Assembly: GCA_002430925.1 (NCBI GenBank)
Contig: DJDD01000131.1
Span: forward strand, 20,935-84,934
Origin: Flavobacteriales bacterium UBA5933
GTDB lineage: Bacteria > Bacteroidota > Bacteroidia > Flavobacteriales > Weeksellaceae
Reading direction: 5' to 3'
DNA length: 64,000 nt
A program made the translations under genes and the position numbers. The notes beneath the pieces are model-generated. The model did no database searches, was not told the origin of the DNA, and saw nothing but the letters and a program-made list of their open reading frames with translations. Positions 9,462 to 18,337 of this stretch are shown piece by piece (positions within the stretch are counted from its first letter, which is position 1; the number at the start of each line of letters is the position of its first letter).

Positions 9462-10778
9462 ATGAATAATAAAAAACTTACACCAGTAGCTAATTGGGGA
9501 TTGTATCCAGCAATAAAAGCAAATGTAGTATCACCAACCACGTTATTAGAATTTCAAGAGGCAATTTTGTCGAATAAAGATATAATTGCAAGAGGAAATG
9601 GTCGTTGTTATGGCGATGCTTCTTTACAAAATACAATTATATCAACATCAAAATGGAATAAATTTATTGCTTTTGATAGAGAAAATGGAATAATAGAAGT
9701 TGAATCAGGTGTTCGTTTAGATGAGGTACTTGAAGCTTCTGTTCCTGCTGGTTTTTTTATTTCGGTGACCCCTGGAACTAAATTTATAACTGTCGGAGGA
9801 GCAATTTCATCAGATGTACATGGAAAAAATCATCATGTTGATGGATGTTTTTCTGATCATGTTATTCATTTTGATTTGATGATTGAAGATGGATCAATTA
9901 TTCGTTGTTCTAGAAATGAGAACGAAAACTTGTTTTGGTCTACAATAGGAGGAATGGGTTTAACAGGAGTTATTCTTTCTGCTAAATTTTTACTTAAAAA
10001 AATTGAAACTTCATACATAAGAAATGAAGCAATTCAAGCAAAAAATCTTGATGAGATTTTTGAGTTGTTTGAGTCTTCAGAATCTTGGACATATAATGTA
10101 GCTTGGTTAGATTGTTTGCAAAAAGGGAATAGCCTAGGTAAGTCAATTATGTTACGAGGAGAACATGCAACAATCAATGAATTACCAGATAAATTAAAAA
10201 ATAATCCACTAAAAATTAAGAAAAAACTTAATTTAAACATTCCTTTTTTCTTTCCTGGTTTTGTTTTGAATTCATTATCTATTAGAATATTTAATTGGAT
10301 ATTCTTCAATAAGCAAGGTAAAAAACATCTTAAGAATTATGTAGATTATGAAACATTTTTTTATCCTTTAGATGCAGTTCATAATTGGAATAGAATTTAT
10401 GGTAAAAATGGATTTATTCAATATCAATTTGTAATCCCTAAAGAAAAAGGAAAAGAAGGAATGAGAAAAATTTTGGAAACAATTGCAAAAAGTGGAAATG
10501 GATCTTTTTTAGTTGTTCTAAAATTATTTGGAGATAATAATCCACAAGCATATAATTCTTTTCCAATGAAAGGTTATACTTTGGCTTTAGATTTTAAAGT
10601 GAATAGTGGATTAGAGAAATTAGTGAAAGATTTAGACAAAATTGTAATGGAATATGGAGGACATATTTATAGAACTAAAGATGCAATGTCTAATCCTGCA
10701 TTAACAAATTATTTAAAAAATGTTGATTCAGACAAATTCGAATCAATGCAAAGTGAGCGTATCAATAGATTAAAATAA
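9462..10778 (+). CDS. FAD-dependent oxidoreductase, DprE1-like (polyprenyl-phospho-ribose 2'-oxidase)
   Basis: Blocks align by eye with M. tuberculosis DprE1: ARGNGRCYGDA, PGTKFITVGGAISSDVHGKNHH, LFWSTIGGMGLTGVI, FFYPLDAVHNWNRIYGKNGFIQYQFVIP, FLVVLKLFG, GGHIYRTKD. Confidence 0.85.
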   Translation: MNNKKLTPVANWGLYPAIKANVVSPTTLLEFQEAILSNKDIIARGNGRCYGDASLQNTIISTSKWNKFIAFDRENGIIEVESGVRLDEVLEASVPAGFFISVTPGTKFITVGGAISSDVHGKNHHVDGCFSDHVIHFDLMIEDGSIIRCSRNENENLFWSTIGGMGLTGVILSAKFLLKKIETSYIRNEAIQAKNLDEIFELFESSESWTYNVAWLDCLQKGNSLGKSIMLRGEHATINELPDKLKNNPLKIKKKLNLNIPFFFPGFVLNSLSIRIFNWIFFNKQGKKHLKNYVDYETFFYPLDAVHNWNRIYGKNGFIQYQFVIPKEKGKEGMRKILETIAKSGNGSFLVVLKLFGDNNPQAYNSFPMKGYTLALDFKVNSGLEKLVKDLDKIVMEYGGHIYRTKDAMSNPALTNYLKNVDSDKFESMQSERINRLK

Positions 10779-10781
10779 AAA

Positions 10782-11507
10782 ATGATAGTATTAGGATCAA
10801 ATTCAGATGTAGCAGTAGCTTTTGTAGAAAAAATATTAAGTGAAGGAGAAAAATTTCCTCTTGTTTATTTATTTACATCTAACGTAGTTAAGACTGAAAA
10901 GTTAGCACAGCATTATTATGCAAAATTTGAACAAAAATGTGAAGTAATAGATTTTGATTTAACAAAAGAAAATGATTTCTCTAAGTTGAATACTATCGAT
11001 TCAGAATTATTATTTTGTGCTGCTGGTTATTTAGGTAAAAATACAGAGGAAGGTTTATACGATGACTGGAATACAAAAAAAATAGTTGAAGTAAATTACT
11101 CAAAATTGATTGTATTAATTAATCATTTTGCTAAAAAATTCGAAGAAAGAGGTTCAGGAACAATTATAGGATTATCATCTGTAGCAGGTGAAAGAGGTAG
11201 ACAAAGTAATTTTATATATGGATCAGCTAAGGCTGGTTTTACAGCATATTTAGAAGGTCTTAGAAATTATTTGTTTCATAAAAATATCCATGTAATGACT
11301 GTTATTCCTGGTTTTATGGACACACAAATGACAGCTGATATAGAAACACCAAAGCCATTAACAGCAAATCCTTCACAGGCTGCTACAATTATTTATAAAG
11401 CTTACAAGAAGAAAAAGAATATAGTTTACGTAACATTCTTATGGTGGGGAATTATGATGATTATTCGTAATATTCCAGAATTTATATTTAAAAAATTAAA
11501 AATGTAA
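10782..11507 (+). CDS. Short-chain dehydrogenase/reductase, DprE2-like (2'-keto reductase)
   Basis: SSVAGERGRQSNFIYGSAKAGFTAY (SDR YxxxK) and the C-terminal IIRNIPEFIFKKLKM align by eye with Rv3791 ([21 protein letters not shown]... VLRHIPRSIFRKLPI). Confidence 0.8.
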   Translation: MIVLGSNSDVAVAFVEKILSEGEKFPLVYLFTSNVVKTEKLAQHYYAKFEQKCEVIDFDLTKENDFSKLNTIDSELLFCAAGYLGKNTEEGLYDDWNTKKIVEVNYSKLIVLINHFAKKFEERGSGTIIGLSSVAGERGRQSNFIYGSAKAGFTAYLEGLRNYLFHKNIHVMTVIPGFMDTQMTADIETPKPLTANPSQAATIIYKAYKKKKNIVYVTFLWWGIMMIIRNIPEFIFKKLKM

Positions 11508-12097
11508 TGAATCGAAAATTATATCTATTTGATTTTGATGGAACATTAACTAAAAAAGATACATTATTTGATTTTTTGAGTTATTCGTTTCCCAAAGAAT
11601 ATTCATTCAATTATTTTTTATTCACTCCCTTATTTGTTCTAGCTAAACTAAAAATTCTAGATAAAGGTAAAGTAAAAGAAAAATTCATATCTAAATTTTT
11701 AAAAGGATTTTCAAAAACAGATATAGATAAGTTATCAAATAAATATTTTATAAATAATCATAATACTTTGATTTATCCTCAAGCAGATCTGTTTATAAAA
11801 TCAATAAATAACTATAATGATAAATTTATAGTATCTGCTTCTCTCGATTTTTGGTTGCAACCTTTTGCAGATTATTATGATATGGGATTGATTTGTACTA
11901 CTGCAGATTTTGATCAAAAAGGTAACTTTACTGGTAAATTTTTATCAGCAAATTGTAATTATATAGAAAAGAAAAACAGAATAGAAAAAGAAATAGATTT
12001 GTCAATTTATGATGAAATTATCGCTTATGGAGATACAAAAGGTGATGAAGCTATGTTTTCTATTGCGAATAAAAATTTCTATAGGTATTTTAATTGA
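11507..12097 (+). CDS. HAD-IB family phosphatase
   Basis: Motif I LFDFDGTLT, motif II VSASLD, motif III YGDTKGDEAMF. Its start overlaps the stop of the SDR gene. Confidence 0.75.
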   Translation: MNRKLYLFDFDGTLTKKDTLFDFLSYSFPKEYSFNYFLFTPLFVLAKLKILDKGKVKEKFISKFLKGFSKTDIDKLSNKYFINNHNTLIYPQADLFIKSINNYNDKFIVSASLDFWLQPFADYYDMGLICTTADFDQKGNFTGKFLSANCNYIEKKNRIEKEIDLSIYDEIIAYGDTKGDEAMFSIANKNFYRYFN

Positions 12098-12104
12098 AAA
12101 ATAA

Positions 12105-13451
12105 TTACCAAAAATAATCACCAATCATTTGCATTATAAATGTTTGTGTTAGTGCTGCATATGCAATGTTTAGTAAAATATATTTATTTTTTATATTAAT
12201 TAGTAACAATAAAAAATAAGGATAAATATATAAACATGCTCTTGCTGTTTCTCCAGTTCCATAAGCTCCAGTTAAAAACATTATAATTAATGAACTAAAA
12301 GCAATTATAGGTAAATAAAAGTTAATATCACCTTTTTTTAAATTAAAAATTTTTGGAGTAAATAAATAAGCAAAAAAACTGAAAGAAAGAAAAAGTAGAA
12401 TTTCACTTATATCTTCAATTCTAGTAAAAAAATAGACTAAAGGTTGATAAAATCCTCTAAAACCTCTAGGGTTTTCTGATTTTGAAGCAGCTAAAAAAGC
12501 TTCTAGGTGATTGTAGTTTAATAAAAAATAATAAATTAATAATATTAGTAAGAATAAACATCCAATTATTATAAAATTAAATAAAGGATAATAATTCTTG
12601 TGTCTTGTAAATTCAAATAAACAAATAATAAAAGCTACAAATGCTAAAAAACTACTACTGAATGATATAGAGCTAGCTAATGTAAATCCTATAAATGCCG
12701 TAATTATTCCAATATAGTTTAAATTATTAGATTTTATTATTAGAATTAAACCATATAGAAACGTAAGACTAAATAATAAAAATAAAGCATCAATTGATAC
12801 TATTGTATAAATATTAATTGCAGGAATTAATGAAAAAATTAGTATTAAAAGATTCTGTTTTGATTTTTCTATATTAAATAAGTTTAAAATTTTATAAAGA
12901 GGTATAAAAGATAATAAACCTATGAAAGACATGCACAATGATAAACCTAATACAGAGTAATTAGTTAATCTTAATAAAACATATTGAATCCATACTGCAA
13001 AGGGAGGATGTGTTTTTGCATGCATGGTTAATGAATCTTGTATTTTATTGTAACTTGTTATAAATGAATATCCATCTTTTATTTTTATAGCGTCATGGTA
13101 GTATTGAAAATCAGTATCAATAAAAGATCTCAGAAATGCGTAATGAATAGAACTTTGAGACAGATTACCTAACAAAATAAGAATAATATAAGAAAAAAAT
13201 AATTGCCAATAATTAAATTTTTCATATTTGTTCAATATAAATAAACCTATTATTAAGAATAAAAAAGAAAATAAAATCCCTTGTAAACTAAATTCAGAGA
13301 AATAAACAACACTTATAGGAAATGTTATTCTAGAACCTGTAAAATGATTATTTTTATTTAAATAATAATTTAGGAAAAGCATTATAATCCATCCAATAAT
13401 TAATAGTGATATCGTAATTATTGGAGTAGCTTTTAGTATATTTTTTTTCAT
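12105..13451 (-). CDS. Polytopic membrane protein, candidate GT-C (PMT_2/ArnT-like) polyprenyl-phosphate-sugar-dependent glycosyltransferase
   Basis: More than 10 predicted TM segments. The first large loop carries FIDTDFQYYHDA ... KTHPPFAVW, resembling the acidic D/E-x-x-YY plus HPP[LM] pattern of GT-C enzymes. It is the only minus-strand gene in the locus. Confidence 0.45.
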   Translation of the reverse strand: MKKNILKATPIITISLLIIGWIIMLFLNYYLNKNNHFTGSRITFPISVVYFSEFSLQGILFSFLFLIIGLFILNKYEKFNYWQLFFSYIILILLGNLSQSSIHYAFLRSFIDTDFQYYHDAIKIKDGYSFITSYNKIQDSLTMHAKTHPPFAVWIQYVLLRLTNYSVLGLSLCMSFIGLLSFIPLYKILNLFNIEKSKQNLLILIFSLIPAINIYTIVSIDALFLLFSLTFLYGLILIIKSNNLNYIGIITAFIGFTLASSISFSSSFLAFVAFIICLFEFTRHKNYYPLFNFIIIGCLFLLILLIYYFLLNYNHLEAFLAASKSENPRGFRGFYQPLVYFFTRIEDISEILLFLSFSFFAYLFTPKIFNLKKGDINFYLPIIAFSSLIIMFLTGAYGTGETARACLYIYPYFLLLLINIKNKYILLNIAYAALTQTFIMQMIGDYFW

Positions 13452-13489
13452 AGTAGGTTAATTTTATAAGTTTTATTTTTAAGGCTTGA

Positions 13490-13497
13490 CAAAATTA
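13490..13497 (-). promoter_or_regulatory. Candidate -7 box (TAATTTTG on the minus strand) for 12105..13451
   Basis: The plus strand reads CAAAATTA, 39 nt upstream of the minus-strand ATG. Confidence 0.35.
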
Positions 13498-13498
13498 T

Positions 13499-13506
13499 TA
13501 ATTTTG
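13499..13506 (+). promoter_or_regulatory. Candidate -7 box (TAATTTTG) for the second polysaccharide module
   Basis: TAnnTTTG 15 nt before the ATG at 13521. Together with 13490-13497 it forms the near-palindrome CAAAATTA-T-TAATTTTG. Confidence 0.4.
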
Positions 13507-13520
13507 TGATGACTTAAACT

Positions 13521-14663
13521 ATGAAAAAACAAAAAATATTAATTAGAATTGGATCACTTCGACATGGAGGTGCAGAAAAAGTTCTTGTAACATTTCTTAA
13601 AAATCTTTCGCCAGATAAGTATGAAATAGATTTATTACTTAATCTTTATTCAGGTAAATATTTAAAAGAAGTTCCTTCTTGGATTAATATTTATTATTTG
13701 AACAAAGGAGAAATGATTACTACAAATCGTATACAAGATATTCCTCAAAAAGCTTTTCGTGTTATCTATCAAGCAATATTAAAAAGATTTCCAAAATTAT
13801 TATATAAATATATTTTACCAAATAAAAAGTATGATATAGAGTTTGCTGCAATTCATGGAATGGCAGATGAAATCTTAACTTCACCAATAAAATCATCAAA
13901 AAAAATTATTTGGATACACAATGATTTATCTAATGTTCCAGAATATACTGAAGAAAAAATAAAGTCATTTTTTAAGTTTGATAAAATTCTAGTTATTTCT
14001 GAAAAAATAAATCAATTATTTTTTAATCTGGCTATTTCTAGTGATCAAAAGAATAAAATTGCTAGAATATATAACCCTATTGATGTTGAAGAAATAAAGA
14101 AACTTTCTTTAGAATCTTGTGAAATTCAGAAAATTGATAACAAACCGACTTTTATTTCAATTGGTACTGTTTTTCCACAAAAGGGATTTGATAGATTGTT
14201 GAGAGCTCATCGTAGACTTTTAGACGAAGGATATAACCATCAGATTTGGATCGTAGGTGATGGTTATGATTTTCCTACTATAAAAAAATTAGTTGATGAT
14301 TTGAAGGTTAATGAGACGGCTAAACTTATTGGTTTTAAAGAAAATCCATATCCTTATTTTGTTCAGGCGGATTATTATGTTCTATCTTCTCGATATGAAG
14401 GTTATCCAACAGTTTTGTTTGAAGCAATGGTTTTAGCAAAGTCTATTATAGCAACAGATGTTTCTGGTGTTCGAGAAATGCTAAACGATGGAGAATTAGG
14501 ATACATCATTAATAATGATGAAGAGGCAATATACAGTGGAATGAAATATTTTATGGAAAATCCAGAATTAGCAGCAAAATATCAAGAGATAATAAAATCA
14601 AAATCCTTACCTTTCAGCCTAAATAATGCTGTAAAATCTATTGAGCAATATTTTAATAACTAA
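13521..14663 (+). CDS. Glycosyltransferase family 4 (paralog of 4477..5649)
   Basis: GSLRHGGAEKV at the N-terminus. ENPYPYFVQADYYVLSSRYEGYPTVLFEAMVLAKSIIATDVSGVREML parallels INPYPYIKNANYFVLPTRSEAYPLVINEALALEKPIISTDVGGIPEMI. Confidence 0.85.
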   Translation: MKKQKILIRIGSLRHGGAEKVLVTFLKNLSPDKYEIDLLLNLYSGKYLKEVPSWINIYYLNKGEMITTNRIQDIPQKAFRVIYQAILKRFPKLLYKYILPNKKYDIEFAAIHGMADEILTSPIKSSKKIIWIHNDLSNVPEYTEEKIKSFFKFDKILVISEKINQLFFNLAISSDQKNKIARIYNPIDVEEIKKLSLESCEIQKIDNKPTFISIGTVFPQKGFDRLLRAHRRLLDEGYNHQIWIVGDGYDFPTIKKLVDDLKVNETAKLIGFKENPYPYFVQADYYVLSSRYEGYPTVLFEAMVLAKSIIATDVSGVREMLNDGELGYIINNDEEAIYSGMKYFMENPELAAKYQEIIKSKSLPFSLNNAVKSIEQYFNN

Positions 14664-14667
14664 ACCT

Positions 14668-15216
14668 ATGAAAACTACAATTCAGAAAGATTTCTTTCGA
14701 AATTTTGGATATTGGACAACAACTCCTTTAATAAAAGGTTTTTTAAGTCCAGGTTTTCGTTTTATTTATTGCTTAAGAAAAGCTCAACAATATAATAGTA
14801 AACATCCATTAGGAATATTTTATAGATTATTATTAAGAAGATATTCTATAAAATTTGGTTATCAAATTTCTGCTAAAACAAAAATAGGAGAAGGTCTTAA
14901 TTTAGGTCATTGGGGTACAATTGTTGTTAACCCAAATGCTGTGATTGGTAAAAATTGTAATATAGCACATGGTGTAACAATTGGACAAACTAATCGAGGT
15001 AAAACAAAAGGATATCCTATTATAAAGGATGATGTTTGGATAGGTACAAATGCTGTCATTGTAGGTGGAATTACTATAGGAGATAATGTTTTAATAGCTC
15101 CCAATAGTTATGTGACTGAAGATATTCCTAATAATTCAGTTGTGATGGGAAATCCAATTACAATTGTTTCTAATGAAAGAGCTACAGAAGGATATATAAA
15201 CCATAGAATAGATTAA
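14668..15216 (+). CDS. Left-handed beta-helix (hexapeptide-repeat) O-acetyltransferase, serine-acetyltransferase-like
   Basis: Hexapeptide repeats: IGKNCNIAHGVTIG...VWIGTNAVIVGGITIGDNVLIAPNSYV. I prefer the ATG at 14668 (MKTTIQKDF) over the track's TTG at 14641. Confidence 0.8.
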   Translation: MKTTIQKDFFRNFGYWTTTPLIKGFLSPGFRFIYCLRKAQQYNSKHPLGIFYRLLLRRYSIKFGYQISAKTKIGEGLNLGHWGTIVVNPNAVIGKNCNIAHGVTIGQTNRGKTKGYPIIKDDVWIGTNAVIVGGITIGDNVLIAPNSYVTEDIPNNSVVMGNPITIVSNERATEGYINHRID

Positions 15217-15220
15217 TCTT

Positions 15221-16285
15221 TTGAAAACAATTTTATTCATATTACCAGATTTAAATCAAGGTGGAGCAGAAAGAGTAATTACAACTTTGTGTAATGAATT
15301 GAATAGAGAGTTGTTTAAGCCAGAATTGGTATTATTCAAAAAAGAAGGTTATTATTTAAATAACCTGAAAGAAGATGTTAAAATTCATGAATTAAATGTA
15401 TCAAGAATAAGATATTCAATTTTTAAAATAATTCCATTAATTATAAAATTAAAGCCAGATATTGTTTTCACTGGTTGGGGAGAAATTTCTTCATTTTTAT
15501 CTCCACTTATCCCACTTTTTTCAAAAACAAAATTTATAGCAAGAGAAACAAATGTTGTATCAAAGCATGTAACTCGAAAAGAAATTTTATTTTTCTATAA
15601 ATTTTATAATAATTTTCATCAAATTATAGCTCAGAGTGATGATATGAAAGATGACCTTATTCAAAATTTTAATATTTCTGAAAACAAAATCATAAAAATT
15701 AATAATCCTATTGATTTTGATATGATTAATAAAATGAAAGTTAAAGAAGTTAATTTTGAATATAACAAGAGCTATAAAAATATTCTTGCTATAGGTAATC
15801 TTTCTCCTAGAAAAGGATTTGATTTACTTTTGAATGTGATGAATGAATTAAAGAATGAATCAATTCATTTAACTGTTTTAGGAGATGGAACTTTTAAAGA
15901 TGATTTAGAAAATCAAAAAGAAAAACTAGAATTAAATAATGTTACTTTTAAAGGTAAGGTAGATAATCCATTTTCATATTTATATAACTCAGATTTATTT
16001 ATTCTATCTTCTCGTTACGAAGGTTTTCCAAACGTATTATTAGAAGCAGGAGCTTGTGGTATATATAGTTTAGCCAATGATTGTCCTGGAGGAATTAATG
16101 AAATTATAGAAGAAGGGATTAATGGAGAAATTTTTTCTATTGAAGACTCTAAAGGCTTCTCAAATAAAATAAAAGATATTCTTTATCAAAAACATGATAA
16201 ACAAGAAATAGAACATAGTATTCACTCTCGTTTTAGTAAAGAAATAATAATAAAAGATTACGAAGTATTATTTAGTTATGATTAA
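15221..16285 (+). CDS. Glycosyltransferase family 4
   Basis: N-terminal PDLNQGGAERV. C-terminal FILSSRYEGFPNVLLEAGACGIYSLANDCPGGINEII. TTG start as given in the track. Confidence 0.8.
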   Translation: MKTILFILPDLNQGGAERVITTLCNELNRELFKPELVLFKKEGYYLNNLKEDVKIHELNVSRIRYSIFKIIPLIIKLKPDIVFTGWGEISSFLSPLIPLFSKTKFIARETNVVSKHVTRKEILFFYKFYNNFHQIIAQSDDMKDDLIQNFNISENKIIKINNPIDFDMINKMKVKEVNFEYNKSYKNILAIGNLSPRKGFDLLLNVMNELKNESIHLTVLGDGTFKDDLENQKEKLELNNVTFKGKVDNPFSYLYNSDLFILSSRYEGFPNVLLEAGACGIYSLANDCPGGINEIIEEGINGEIFSIEDSKGFSNKIKDILYQKHDKQEIEHSIHSRFSKEIIIKDYEVLFSYD

Positions 16286-16296
16286 GTTTTTTTTAA

Positions 16297-17349
16297 ATGG
16301 GAAAAAAAAGAATTGATATTTTAGATGGTTTCAGAGTTGTGGCTATTTTAATAGTTATGTTATATCATTATTATAGTAGTTTTCTTAATTATTATAAATA
16401 CTCTTTTGATAATGATTTTTTAAAATTTGGTTATTTAGGAGTTGAATTTTTCTTTATGATTTCAGGATTTGTAATTTTTATGACTCTAAATAAAACTGAA
16501 AATTTATTATTATTTATTAAGAAAAGATATTTACGTTTAATGCCAGGAATGTTAATATGCTCATTTATTACTTTTGTAATATATAATATTTTTAATGTTT
16601 CTTTTTACCCTGAAGCAAAAGAGTTTAAAAATTTTTTATTTTCAAATACATTTTTAACTCCTAGTATTCCCAATAAAATCTTTAACACAAATTTTAATTA
16701 TTCAGATTCTTCTTATTGGTCTTTATGGGTAGAAGTTATTTTTTATTTTTCAATATCATTATTGTATTATATAAATAAGAAAAATGTTATATTAAATTTT
16801 AGTATATTAACATTATTTTGTACAATTTTTTGGTATCTCTTTGGTACAGATGAAAATGTGTTAGGAATCTCATTATACAATTCAATTAATAAAATAATTA
16901 GGTATGTACCATTTATTAATTTTTTTATTTGGTTTTTGATAGGAATAATTATTTCTAAATTATATGATAATAATAAAGATTATAAATATTTATTTTATCT
17001 AATCTTTCTTTTTTGTTTGATATTCTTAGTTTCAAAAAAGATTGAGTTGAAATATTTTGTCGTTTTAAGCGGTTTTATTTGGCTCATATTTTTATATAAA
17101 AATAATTGGATGAATTTTTTAGGGGTTAAATTTTTATCAGAATTAGGGAAATCAAGTTATTCAGTATATTTAATACATCAAATGATAGGAGTACTAATAA
17201 TTATTAAACTTTCACCATTTTTTGGTCGATTCAATTGGATAATAGGGGTATTACTAATTTTTCTATTTTTCTTATTTGGATTGTTAAGTTATAAATATTT
17301 AGAAAAACCATTAGGAAAAAAACTTCACAAAATATTATTTAAAAAATAA
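16297..17349 (+). CDS. Acyltransferase family 3 (paralog of 7534..8592)
   Basis: LDGFRVVAILIVMLYHYYSS and YWSLWVEVIFYF parallel the motifs of the first copy. Confidence 0.8.
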   Translation: MGKKRIDILDGFRVVAILIVMLYHYYSSFLNYYKYSFDNDFLKFGYLGVEFFFMISGFVIFMTLNKTENLLLFIKKRYLRLMPGMLICSFITFVIYNIFNVSFYPEAKEFKNFLFSNTFLTPSIPNKIFNTNFNYSDSSYWSLWVEVIFYFSISLLYYINKKNVILNFSILTLFCTIFWYLFGTDENVLGISLYNSINKIIRYVPFINFFIWFLIGIIISKLYDNNKDYKYLFYLIFLFCLIFLVSKKIELKYFVVLSGFIWLIFLYKNNWMNFLGVKFLSELGKSSYSVYLIHQMIGVLIIIKLSPFFGRFNWIIGVLLIFLFFLFGLLSYKYLEKPLGKKLHKILFKK

Positions 17350-17352
17350 TTC

Positions 17353-18336
17353 ATGAGTATATTAATTTCTGTAATAGTTCCTGTTTATAATACAGAGAAA
17401 TATCTTTCAAAATGTTTAGATTCAATTATAAATCAAACATTGAAAAATATTGAAATTATTATTGTAAACGATGGTTCAATAGATAATTCTCAATTAATAA
17501 TAGATAATTTTGTTAAAAAAGATAGTAGAATAAAATCCATAATAAAAAAAAATGGTGGATTGAGTGATGCTCGTAATTTTGGAATAGATAATTCAAAAGG
17601 AGATTATTTGGCATTTGTAGATTCAGATGATTATATAGATAAGAATATGTTTGAAGAAATGTATAATCTTAGTCAGAAACATCAATCAGAAATAGTACTT
17701 TGTGACTTGGTGAAAGTCAATGAAAAAGGAGAAGAATTTAGAGGTTTACCACAATCTCCACAACTTGGAGATAAAATTATATTGAAAGATGATTTTACAA
17801 TTTTTGGAGAAATGAGTTGTTTTGCTTGCAATAAGCTATTTAAAAAATCGTTATTCGATAAACATAGATTTAGAAAAGGAATTCATTTTGAAGATATAGA
17901 ACTTATCCCAAAGCTTGTTTTAGATTCAACAATAATATCAAAAATAAATCACCCGTATTATAAATATTTTGAAAGACAAGATTCAATAACTAAAACACAT
18001 ACCAATAAAGGATTAGATATGTTTTTAGCAGTAAATGAAGTTTCAAATTATTTTATGAATAGTGCTTATAATAGTAATAACAGCAATTTAAAGCGTTTTC
18101 AGATATTTCAAGCATATTATTCATATTTAGCTTATGTTGCTTATGTAAAAGATAAGTTATTAAAAAGAAATATGTTATTGGCTTTAAATGATTTTTTGAA
18201 TAATAATTCAATTAATAAAAAAGAAATAATCAACTATAAACGTTTTAATAATAATTACCTTATGTCATTAAATAATAAGAAAAAAATATTTTATTTATTA
18301 GCTCAAATAAATCTTAATTTATTAAATATAATTTAA
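17353..18336 (+). CDS. Glycosyltransferase family 2
   Basis: ISVIVPVYNTEKYLSKCLDSIINQT...IIIVNDGSIDNS...AFVDSDD. Confidence 0.85.
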   Translation: MSILISVIVPVYNTEKYLSKCLDSIINQTLKNIEIIIVNDGSIDNSQLIIDNFVKKDSRIKSIIKKNGGLSDARNFGIDNSKGDYLAFVDSDDYIDKNMFEEMYNLSQKHQSEIVLCDLVKVNEKGEEFRGLPQSPQLGDKIILKDDFTIFGEMSCFACNKLFKKSLFDKHRFRKGIHFEDIELIPKLVLDSTIISKINHPYYKYFERQDSITKTHTNKGLDMFLAVNEVSNYFMNSAYNSNNSNLKRFQIFQAYYSYLAYVAYVKDKLLKRNMLLALNDFLNNNSINKKEIINYKRFNNNYLMSLNNKKKIFYLLAQINLNLLNII

Positions 18337-18337
18337 G

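Noticed and set aside
12105-13451. Could this minus-strand polytopic protein be the missing Wzx flippase or a second Wzy/O-antigen ligase?
   Set aside because: I could not recognise a MOP/MATE-like pattern. The large early loop with DTDFQYY...HPPF fits GT-C enzymes better. This remains unproven without a profile search, so it is called only at moderate confidence.
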